Below are positions 53,999 to 62,164 of a stretch of 64,000 bases of DNA, one piece after another. Origin of the DNA: Longimicrobiales bacterium (GTDB lineage: Bacteria > Gemmatimonadota > Gemmatimonadetes > Longimicrobiales > Gaopeijiaceae); assembly GCA_965225805.1 (NCBI GenBank), contig OZ245327.1, forward strand, positions 1,604,603-1,668,602. The letters run 5' to 3'. The notes beneath the pieces were generated by a model that saw nothing but the letters and a program-made list of their open reading frames with translations, was not told the origin of the DNA and did no database searches. The position numbers were made by a program, and so were the translations under genes. Every line of letters begins with the position of its first letter. The stretch's first letter is position 1.

Positions 53999-54268
53999 TC
54001 GGGCAACCGCGGAAGACAGCGTTCTTCGGACTTCGCGGTGTTTGCGGGGGCGGCCGCCATTGGGGCTCCAGCCTTGCTCGGCTCGAAACCCGAAGAATCA
54101 ACCGAAGGCCGTTCGCAGCCGAGTCCGGTGACGGCAACATTCGAGCTTGACCCAAGTCCCGTCTCCAGTTCCCTTTGGATCGATAGGCTTCCGCGATCTT
54201 CCACACACTAGCGCTGTAGCCGCGTCGTCCATGAATCCACCCACGATCCCCACACGAACGGCGAAGCC

Positions 54269-55342
54269 GTGCCATACCAGCGAGTGAAGGTATTCGACTT
54301 CTTCTCTGGTTGCGGCGGGGCCAGCCGTGGTTTCCAGGACGCCGGAATGGACATCGTGTTCGCTCTCGATTGGGACGCGGACGCCGAGCGGACCTTCCAA
54401 CGGAATTTCCCGTCATCCGCCTTTGAGTCCAAGGACATTCGGGAGGTGGAGGAGGACTCCGTCCACAAGCTTGTGGTCAAACACCGGCCGCATCCTGTTC
54501 TCTTCTGCGGATGTGCCCCTTGCCAGCCGTTCACCAAACAGAACACCATCCGTCCCGAACCCGAGGAGGATGAACGGGTGCCGTTGCTTCTCGATTTCCT
54601 GCGGTTCATCCGAAGGTGCGAGCCCGACATCGTGTTCGTCGAGAATGTCCCGGGTATCCAGAACGTATCTCCTGACTCCGAGCCGCTCGCCGGGTTTCTT
54701 CAGGGATTGAAGGACGCTGGATACCCCGGTCCGGCACGCGCTTCGGTACCCTTGAGGCGGTACGGAGTCCCCCAGAGCCGCCGCAGATTTCTCCTGCTCG
54801 CGAGTCGACACGGACCGATCGAACTCCCACCCGAGACCCACGGTCCGGGAACGCCCAACCCGGAATTCGCCACGGTGCGCGACTGGATCGGAGACCTTCC
54901 CAAGATCGACGCCGGCCAGAGCCACCCGGAGATTCCCAACCACCGGGCGGCCGGCCTGTCCTCGCTCAACGCGAAGCGCATCAGGGCAACCCCGGAGGGC
55001 GGTGGCAACAGGGATTGGTTGGAGGAGGATCTTCGGCTGGAGTGCCACAAGAAGGCCACCGGATACAGTGATGCCTACGGTCGTATGTCGTGGGACCGGC
55101 CCGCCTCCGGTCTCACGACACGATGCATCAGCTATTCGAACGGCCGATTCGGCCACCCCGACCAGGATCGTGCGATCAGCGTCCGGGAAGCCGCGTGCCT
55201 TCAGACATTCCCGATGGGTTTTCGCTTCTCCGGTAGCCTGAACTCGATGGCTCGGCAGATCGGCAACGCGGTGCCGGTGCGTTTGGCGACCATTGTTGGA
55301 GAGCACGTCGCCAGACATCTGGTCGCGGCAGGCGCGACCTGA
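54269..55342 (+). CDS. dcm: DNA (cytosine-5)-methyltransferase
   Basis: FDFFSGCGGASRGF (motif I), GCAPCQPFT (PC catalytic motif IV), ENVPG (VI), QSRRRFLLLAS (VIII), QIGNAVPV (X). The start is GTG 54269 or GTG 54284. Confidence 0.9.
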   Translation: MPYQRVKVFDFFSGCGGASRGFQDAGMDIVFALDWDADAERTFQRNFPSSAFESKDIREVEEDSVHKLVVKHRPHPVLFCGCAPCQPFTKQNTIRPEPEEDERVPLLLDFLRFIRRCEPDIVFVENVPGIQNVSPDSEPLAGFLQGLKDAGYPGPARASVPLRRYGVPQSRRRFLLLASRHGPIELPPETHGPGTPNPEFATVRDWIGDLPKIDAGQSHPEIPNHRAAGLSSLNAKRIRATPEGGGNRDWLEEDLRLECHKKATGYSDAYGRMSWDRPASGLTTRCISYSNGRFGHPDQDRAISVREAACLQTFPMGFRFSGSLNSMARQIGNAVPVRLATIVGEHVARHLVAAGAT

Positions 55343-58317
55343 TGGCGATGGACGTAAGCTTCAAGGCCCGGGCCAGGACGCTGGACATGCTGGGGAGACA
55401 GCAGATCGCCGGCATACCCACCGCCATCAGCGAGCTTTTCAAGAACGCGTACGACGCAGACGCCGAGCGGGTGGAGGTGGACTATTACCGCAGCAACAGA
55501 CTCTTTGTGCTGCGGGACGATGGTTTCGGGATGGAAGCGGAGGAATTCGTCGAGCGATGGCTCACCATCGCTACCGAGACCAGCGTCAAGCGGAAGCGCG
55601 CGGAAAGGCGGCTCCCTCGGTCGGAGAAGCGCACCAGGCCCGTACTGGGGGAGAAGGGAATCGGTCGCCTCGCCATCGCTACAATCGCTCCTCAGGTGCT
55701 GGTGCTCACCCGCGCCCTTCGCGACGGCGTCTTGTCCGATCTCACAGCCGCCTTCCTGAACTGGAGGCTCTTCGAGTGCCCCCGGCTCGACCTCCAGGAT
55801 ATCCGGATTCCGCTTCGCACGTTTCCAGGCGACAGTTTGCCCGACAGCGAGGACGTGGCAGACATGGTCGGCTATTTCCAGAGCCGGAACGCACACCTTC
55901 GGGAGCAAGTCGACCCGAGCGAATGGGACCTGATCGAGACCGACCTCGCGCGGTTCGCGGTCGATCCTCTGGACATGGCCGATTTTTTGGGTGAGCCGAC
56001 GCTTCTCGCCGGGGGTCACGGTACGCACTTCTACCTTCTCCCCGCGTCCTCCAACCTAGCCTATGACATCGCTGGGGATACAGATTCCGATGTCGCGCCG
56101 CCGATCCAGAGAGCACTGCTGGGATTCACCACCCCCTCAATGGCGGGCCGTGCCGAACCGGTCATCCGCACCGTCTTTCGGGACCACAGCACTGACGGAA
56201 TCTGCGAAGACCTCATCGGCGGACACGAGTTCTTCACTCCCTACGATTACGAGAACGCGGATCACCAGGTCTGGGGACGATTCGACGATTACGGCCAGTT
56301 CAAGGGCAACGTCTCCGTCTACGCAGAGACCGTGCACGACCATGTGATCAACTGGAGCGGAGGCAAGGGACGGAAAACGGCTTGCGGTCCCTTCCGCATC
56401 AGGTTCGCCGCAATCGAAGGCGCGGCCAGATATTCGACCCTTCCGCCCGCGGAACACGGTCGCATGCTTGAGAAGACCAGAAGAATCGGTGGCTTGTACA
56501 TCTATCGGGACGGCGTGCGCATTCAACCCTACGGAAACACGGACTACGACTGGCTGGAGATCGAGCTGCGCCGGACGAAGAGCGCGTCGTACTACTACTT
56601 CTCGTACCGGCAGATGTTCGGAATGGTCGAAATCGATTCCACCCACAACAGAGGTCTTCAAGAAAAAGCGGGTCGTGAAGGCTTTCGCGCCAACAAAGCC
56701 TACCGTGATCTGCGCGACATTCTGAAGAGTTTTCTCGTCCAGATCGCCGCCGACTTCTTCCGCGAGGAGGGAGTTCAAGGCGAGAGGTTTGCGAGTCGCA
56801 AGCGGGAGTTGGACGAGACCGAGCGACATCGGCGTGCGCGAGCCAGGCAGGTCACCGCCAAGCGCGGCAAGTTCAAGAAGGACTTGGCCGCGTTCTTCGA
56901 CCGAATGGAGATGGAGAAACCGCTTGAGAGAGTCATGGCACTGGGACTGGAGGCCGAGTCGCGTGTAAGGGAGGCCGGCCGCGATCCGGACCGCGCGAGG
57001 GCGGCCAGGCGGATCATCAAGATCGAACGCGATGCAAGGAGAGACCTCGGGGATCTGGAGGCCCGCTACCGGGTTTCCAAGCCGAGGATCGGCATGACCC
57101 GGGCCTTGCAGAAGGAGTGGAGAGACTATCGGGAGGCGTTCGAGGATCTCGTCGGCAGCGTGCGGGACATCCGCGACTCGATTGAGAGTGTCGTCACGAA
57201 GGAGGTGACCAAAGCGGGGGTTGACGTGAGTGCCAGAGAGCGCATGGAATCGGCTCTCACCGAGATCGGACAATCTGCGAGGCGCGACACGAAGGCGGGC
57301 CGGAGAGAAGTGGAAAAGGTGGCCGAGGAGATCTGGACCGGCACGCGAACGATAGCGAGCCAATGTGTGCGAGAGGTCGAGTCGACGATTCGCGCCGTGA
57401 TGGCCGACTTCGCTCGGCGTGATCTTCAGGGCATGGACGACCAGCGCCTGATCGCGGAACGTTCGGGCCTGGAGGCGCGGATCCGCGAGGCACTGGAGAA
57501 CGCCACCCTCACCCTCGACTCCTTGCGCTCGCAACTGGCGGCCATCGACTTGAAGGGCAAGTCCTCTCTCGTGGATCAGCTCGCGGCGGTGGAACAGAGC
57601 AACGTCACCCTAAAGGAACAAGCGGCGGCCGACCTCCAGCTCGCCCAGCTCGGCATGGCGATCGAGATCATCAGCCACGAATTCGGGGCCGCCATCCGAT
57701 CCGTCCGATCGGGGCTTCGTAGCCTCAGGAGATGGGCCGACGTGAACCAGGAACTGATGTCGCTGTACCAGGGCATCCGCGGCAGCTTCGACCATCTCGA
57801 CGGTTACCTGACTCTCTTCACGCCCCTCCAGAGAAGGCTTTACAGAAAGGCGGTGGACATTCGCGGCTGGGAGATCCACGAGTTCCTGGCCAACCTGTTC
57901 GGCCAGCGGCTGGCCAGACACAACGTCGAACTGACCAGGACCGAGGCGTTCGCCAGCGCCGCCGTTCGAAGCTATCCATCATCCTTCTACCCGGTGTTCG
58001 TCAATCTCGTGGACAATGCGATCTATTGGCTTTCCGGCCAGAACGAGCGCCTTGAACGACGAATCGAGCTTGATGCGTCGGGCAACAGGTTCCGCATCTC
58101 GGACTCGGGTCCCGGGATCCACACCCGGGATTGCGACGACATCTTCGACATCGGGTTCACTCGCAAGCCGGGAGGTCGCGGCATGGGGTTGCATATCGCG
58201 AGGGCAACGCTGCGCGAGATTGGCTATGACCTGAACCTTGAAGCGAGCGAGCCGGGCCATGGGACGACATTCCTGATCGCACCGATCGAGGACGAGGACG
58301 AAGAGACCGATGCCTAG
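55342..58317 (+). CDS. double GHKL protein: N-terminal MORC/Hsp90-like ATPase head + coiled coil + C-terminal histidine-kinase core (DHp + CA)
   Basis: The ATG overlaps the dcm TGA (TGATG). Head: ELFKNAYDA, DDGFGM, GEKGIGRLA. Tail: IEIISHEF (H-box, His codon 57676..57678), NLVDNAIYW (N), DSGPGI (G1), GGRGMGLHIA (G2). No TM or PAS/HAMP seen. Confidence 0.75.
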   Translation: MAMDVSFKARARTLDMLGRQQIAGIPTAISELFKNAYDADAERVEVDYYRSNRLFVLRDDGFGMEAEEFVERWLTIATETSVKRKRAERRLPRSEKRTRPVLGEKGIGRLAIATIAPQVLVLTRALRDGVLSDLTAAFLNWRLFECPRLDLQDIRIPLRTFPGDSLPDSEDVADMVGYFQSRNAHLREQVDPSEWDLIETDLARFAVDPLDMADFLGEPTLLAGGHGTHFYLLPASSNLAYDIAGDTDSDVAPPIQRALLGFTTPSMAGRAEPVIRTVFRDHSTDGICEDLIGGHEFFTPYDYENADHQVWGRFDDYGQFKGNVSVYAETVHDHVINWSGGKGRKTACGPFRIRFAAIEGAARYSTLPPAEHGRMLEKTRRIGGLYIYRDGVRIQPYGNTDYDWLEIELRRTKSASYYYFSYRQMFGMVEIDSTHNRGLQEKAGREGFRANKAYRDLRDILKSFLVQIAADFFREEGVQGERFASRKRELDETERHRRARARQVTAKRGKFKKDLAAFFDRMEMEKPLERVMALGLEAESRVREAGRDPDRARAARRIIKIERDARRDLGDLEARYRVSKPRIGMTRALQKEWRDYREAFEDLVGSVRDIRDSIESVVTKEVTKAGVDVSARERMESALTEIGQSARRDTKAGRREVEKVAEEIWTGTRTIASQCVREVESTIRAVMADFARRDLQGMDDQRLIAERSGLEARIREALENATLTLDSLRSQLAAIDLKGKSSLVDQLAAVEQSNVTLKEQAAADLQLAQLGMAIEIISHEFGAAIRSVRSGLRSLRRWADVNQELMSLYQGIRGSFDHLDGYLTLFTPLQRRLYRKAVDIRGWEIHEFLANLFGQRLARHNVELTRTEAFASAAVRSYPSSFYPVFVNLVDNAIYWLSGQNERLERRIELDASGNRFRISDSGPGIHTRDCDDIFDIGFTRKPGGRGMGLHIARATLREIGYDLNLEASEPGHGTTFLIAPIEDEDEETDA

Positions 58318-59905
58318 CAATGGCTTTACCGAGCACTGTCGAGAGATCGCCCGGCGATTCCTCCTGACAGCGATCGTCGTTGATGACGAACTCTCGGTTC
58401 CCGCGGACCCACCCGTCCACGGCGATCTGACGGCTCCAGAGCGGAGCGCACCGGTGCGACGCGGGCCAACATCGGTGAACCCCCAGCTCCATCCCCGCCG
58501 ACCGCTCAAAATCGACCCGATCACATGGTCTTTCGCCCGCCAAGGCATGGTTTGCGGCGTGATGTCACCCGAAGGAAGGCAAGACGACCTTGGCGCCCTC
58601 GCCAATGCCGTCGCTCGTGCGGACATCGTCATTCTGGACTGGCGGCTGAGCCGATCTAGCGGTGCGAACGCGTTGCCGTTGTTGAAGCGAATCCTGACAG
58701 AGGATCAGCCGAACCGGCTTCGCCTGATCGCTGTCTATACGGGAGAACCCGACCACGAGGCGATTCGCGAAAAGATCGCAGACGGTCTGAACAGCCTCGA
58801 TACCTCCGATCAGGCGGTATCGGCAGGAGATAGCCACCGTGGTCGGATCGACTTCCGGGCCTGTCGTATCGTCGTATACGGGAAACCCGGTTCTCTTGCC
58901 CCCGAGCGGAGGAGAGTCAGGGAAACAGCGTTGGCCGACCGGCTCATCGGCGATTTCGCGGAGATGGTCGAGGGGCTATTGCCCAGCTTGGTTCTGACGG
59001 CATTGGCTGCGGTCCGAGACAACGTGTACCGTGTACTGGAGCGCTTCGGGCGGGACTTGGATCCGGCCTTCCTGGTACACCGCGCCTGTCTCCCACAGCC
59101 TCCAGAATCGGAGCAGCACATCGTCGAACAGATCGCCAGCGAACTCCACGGGATCATGGACGATGTGGTAGGCAGGACGAGTCCGGCGGGAATCGAGGCG
59201 ATCGAGCGGTGGATCGGCGATCGCTTCGGGAATGACGATGTCGTGTTCGGTCCGAAACACAAGGCGGCCACGCCCATCGTCCTTAAGATGCTGAAGGATG
59301 GACTGAAGGAGCAACCCGGACCTCTAGGCCTCGGAAAGTACCACCTTCTCTCGCATGGGCTTTCGGGCGGCCTTGCCATGAGCCATGAGCTTGATCGCCG
59401 TCTCGCGTCGGCGATGGACTTGAGACAGGTGGTTGCGGACACTGAGCGGCAATTGTCGATGGGGACGGTTGTCCGCCAGACCGGAGACGAGGGTTCAGCG
59501 CTCCTGTGCGTCACACCGAGATGCGACAGCGTCCGATTGACCGGTAAGTCATCTTTCCTCTTTCTTCCTCTGTCAACTGCGAAGGAAAACACGCCGCAGG
59601 TCGTGGTCCCGACTGACGACCGCGGTTTCCGCCGCATGACCATAATCATGAATCCATCGCAGTGGCGTATTGAGGACTTCGAGCCCGAACCAGCCCGGCA
59701 GTGCGTCCTCGCACGCCGCAGTGGGCCGGATCAGCCTTTCACCTTCAAGGATGTCGCTGGCGCAGCATACCGTTGGGTGGGAGAGCTGAAGGCGGAAGTC
59801 GCGCAGTCCATTGCCCAAGGGATCGCGGAGAGAATGTCCCGGATGCCCCTAAACAGGTCGGAATGGCTCAGGCGGTCGGCGCGCGTTGGAGAGCGAGCAA
59901 GGTAA
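58310..59905 (+). CDS. REC (receiver) domain protein with an unassigned C-terminal region of about 340 aa
   Basis: 8-nt overlap with the upstream gene. LLTAIVVDDE (acidic pocket), ADIVILDWRL (phospho-acceptor Asp codon 58637..58639), LIAVYTGEP, IVVYGKPG (conserved Lys-Pro). I recognise no motif in residues about 190-531. Confidence 0.65.
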   Translation: MPSNGFTEHCREIARRFLLTAIVVDDELSVPADPPVHGDLTAPERSAPVRRGPTSVNPQLHPRRPLKIDPITWSFARQGMVCGVMSPEGRQDDLGALANAVARADIVILDWRLSRSSGANALPLLKRILTEDQPNRLRLIAVYTGEPDHEAIREKIADGLNSLDTSDQAVSAGDSHRGRIDFRACRIVVYGKPGSLAPERRRVRETALADRLIGDFAEMVEGLLPSLVLTALAAVRDNVYRVLERFGRDLDPAFLVHRACLPQPPESEQHIVEQIASELHGIMDDVVGRTSPAGIEAIERWIGDRFGNDDVVFGPKHKAATPIVLKMLKDGLKEQPGPLGLGKYHLLSHGLSGGLAMSHELDRRLASAMDLRQVVADTERQLSMGTVVRQTGDEGSALLCVTPRCDSVRLTGKSSFLFLPLSTAKENTPQVVVPTDDRGFRRMTIIMNPSQWRIEDFEPEPARQCVLARRSGPDQPFTFKDVAGAAYRWVGELKAEVAQSIAQGIAERMSRMPLNRSEWLRRSARVGERAR

Positions 59906-59923
59906 TTTGCTGGCAGGTGCCAC

Positions 59924-60367
59924 TCACACCTCCGATCCCTTGACGGCCTCCCCTTCCTCCGGTCGCAGGAACCCGGCAATCCGTCTGGCCACCACCGCGA
60001 CATCCGTCGTCTCGCACTCCCAGATCACCATTACCCGCCAGCCGAGGTCGTGCAGGGCGGTCTCGTTGCGCCGGTCGCGGATCACGTTCCCTTTGAACTT
60101 GTCCTCCCAGAACTGCACACGGGTCTTGGGGCTTGAGGCGTACTTGCAGCCGGGATGCCGATGCCAGAAACATCCATGCACCATGATGACGGCCCGATGG
60201 CGGGGGAGCACGATGTCCGGGGAACCTGGAAGACGCTTGCAGTGCAGGCGGAAGCGGAAGCCGAGTCTGTGAGCGATCCGGCGGACGATCATCTCCGGCA
60301 TGGTGTCGCGGCTGCGGATCCGGGACATCATCTCACTTCGTGTTAGGCTGTCGACGATGTCGGTCAT
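59924..60367 (-). CDS. vsr: very short patch repair endonuclease
   Basis: RSEMMSRIRSRDTMPEMIVRRIAHRLGFRFRLHCKRLPGSPDIVLPRHRAVIMVHGCFWHRH...FWEDKFKGNVIRDRRN...GWRVMVIWECE. Convergent with the REC gene, stops 18 nt apart. Confidence 0.9.
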   Translation of the reverse strand: MTDIVDSLTRSEMMSRIRSRDTMPEMIVRRIAHRLGFRFRLHCKRLPGSPDIVLPRHRAVIMVHGCFWHRHPGCKYASSPKTRVQFWEDKFKGNVIRDRRNETALHDLGWRVMVIWECETTDVAVVARRIAGFLRPEEGEAVKGSEV

Positions 60368-60608
60368 TGTTCGTGACGCCGGCAGACGGGTAATGTTCGC
60401 TCATGCGCGAGGAACGGGAAATTACTCAGACCGGCGTTCACCAGCCAACCGAGCCACCGCGTACGGGGTTGCGTTGGAGTCGTCTCCGCCCGTCGCTCAT
60501 GGTCTCCGCGCCTCGGCATGTGCACCTTGCTGGCATCCGGTGCTTACCTGCGCCGGCACAGCTGGCACACAGTCGGGTCGCGTGTGGGTAAGGGGGGCTC
60601 ACAAGCAA

Positions 60609-60900
60609 AACGGCCTTCCCGCACGGGATTGCTGGCCGGGAGCGACCCCCGAAGGAGGGTGGGATGGGAGTGCACATCCCAACCGTCGCGGTGCCGTATG
60701 AGGCATGCCGAACAGGTGGGTCGCTCCCGTCCACGGCCGCAAGCGCCCGCGCGTCACGGCCGCCCCGGCGGCTTCGGCACAAACGAAAGTACGCCAGCAA
60801 CTTGCGGCATCGGCGGTGTGTCCCGTCCGGACGCGGTTCTCGTGCACAACGACCCCGATGTCTGACGGACACCTCTGGATCGGCAACGGCACCCGCCCAT
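60609..60900. repeat. structured repeat M1 copy 5 (60609..60728) plus module M2 copy 3
   Basis: CGGCCTTCCCGCACGGGATTGCTGGCCGGGAGCGACCCC...GGGATG-N8-CATCCC...GTGCC-N6-GGCAT...GGGTCGCTCCC. In reverse complement it aligns with copies 1 and 4. The downstream part aligns with 15405.. and 20402.. Confidence 0.8.
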
Positions 60901-60906
60901 GGGCGG

Positions 60907-61895
60907 TCAAATCCCGCCCCCGGAGAAGCGGCTCGAAACCCATACCGAATAGCCGTGGATCATTCCTCCGGGGAGGCCCGATCGGAGCAGAGCCCTCATC
61001 TCAACGAGGCGGTGAAGGCAGCCGTTGAGACCGCCCAATTCCTTGACCGCCGCGTCGTCCATTCCCCGGATGGCATTCTCGACGCGCGCAATCTCGCGCC
61101 GGACGGCTGCGATGGTCTTGGGCTGCTGGTTGGGCTCTTGGGCGGTGGCGGCGCCGACCCAGTTTCCCAGGATCGTCCGTGCGCGTTCGAGTTCCCTCCG
61201 ACCGCCTGCGACCCTGGCGACCTCGACCGACAGGCTCTGCTCCCTCAGCGCTTCCCATAGCCCATGGTGCCGATCCCGCCACGAGCGGAGCGCGGTCGAG
61301 GTGTCGTAGCCGGGATCGGCGGGCACGAACACGGCGCGGCTGGAGTCCAGCGCCACGGGCATCCCGCGGGGAAGTACCGCCGCGCGCCCCCGGCGGCGCC
61401 CCGGTAGATCCGGACGGGCAGGAGCGAGCGACTGATGTCGAGTACCTCGAACGCGGCGACCTTCTCCGCCTCGGTGGGCAGCCAGGGCAGGCCGGTGTGC
61501 TCGATCACGTAGTCGAAGGAGAGCAGGCGGCGCATGGCCACCTCGGGCGAGGTGATCCTCCGGTGGCGCACACCTTCGGCACCCAGTGCGCGGTAGATGC
61601 CGCGCGCGCAGATCCGGCAGACCTTCAGGTCTCCGACCATCTCCTCGGCGGCCAGCCTTCGGTCCCTCAGGCCCTGCACGAACCGGAGCGCCGTGAAGCG
61701 GCTGACCCCGAGCCACGCAGAGAACTGCTTGCGGGTGAACACGCCTCCGTGCAGGCTCGCCAAGGCGATCCACTCGGCGCGGCGGCCCGTCAAGCCGAAC
61801 GGCTCCAGCGCCTTCTCGCGCCCCTGTAGATGGTCGATCACCAAGGCCGCCGTTGGTCGAGGGCTTTGCTGTACATGAGGGTTCCCAATTCCCAC
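60907..61895 (-). pseudogene. winged-helix (replication-relaxation-like?) protein, frameshifted in a C-run near 61368
   Basis: Frame 1 reads ...GVFTRKQFSAWLGVSRFTALRFVQGLRDRRLAAEE...LPVRIYRG...RYFP. Frame 2 continues RGMPVALDSSRAVFVPADPGYDTSTALRSWRDRHHGLWEAL... The family call is tentative. Confidence 0.4.
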
Positions 61896-62131
61896 GGGCG
61901 CACCCTGGTTCCGTGGTCGGGACCGAGAACCGTGGAGGTTGTCACTGCCGACAGAATCGGAAGAGGGCTTGCGGCGGCGTCAAGTCGCGTATGCGGGCCA
62001 TAGTCCCGAGCCGTCCGGTGCCGTCCCGGACGCGGACCTGCTTCCGGCAGCGCTCCTCCATCGCTTTCGAGAAGCCAACAGCGCGGGTATCGCACTGGTC
62101 AAGCCGCCTTCGTCCAGCGAGATTCCTTCGC

Positions 62132-62147
62132 GCAGATCGTGCAGTCC
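62132..62147 (+). promoter_or_regulatory. conserved 16-mer GCAGATCGTGCAGTCC upstream of the integrase start
   Basis: 18 nt upstream of ATG 62165. Context ...GAGATTCCTTCGCGCAGATCGTGCAGTCCATCAAGAGAGGAATCGAATGATG. Confidence 0.4.
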
Positions 62148-62164
62148 ATCAAGAGAGGAATCGA

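Noticed and set aside
61853-62164. N-terminal extension of the integrase ORF (track start 61853).
   Set aside because: All paralogs start at MARTKRSRR directly after the GAGGAA ribosome-binding site and the 16-mer. The upstream part is non-conserved leader.
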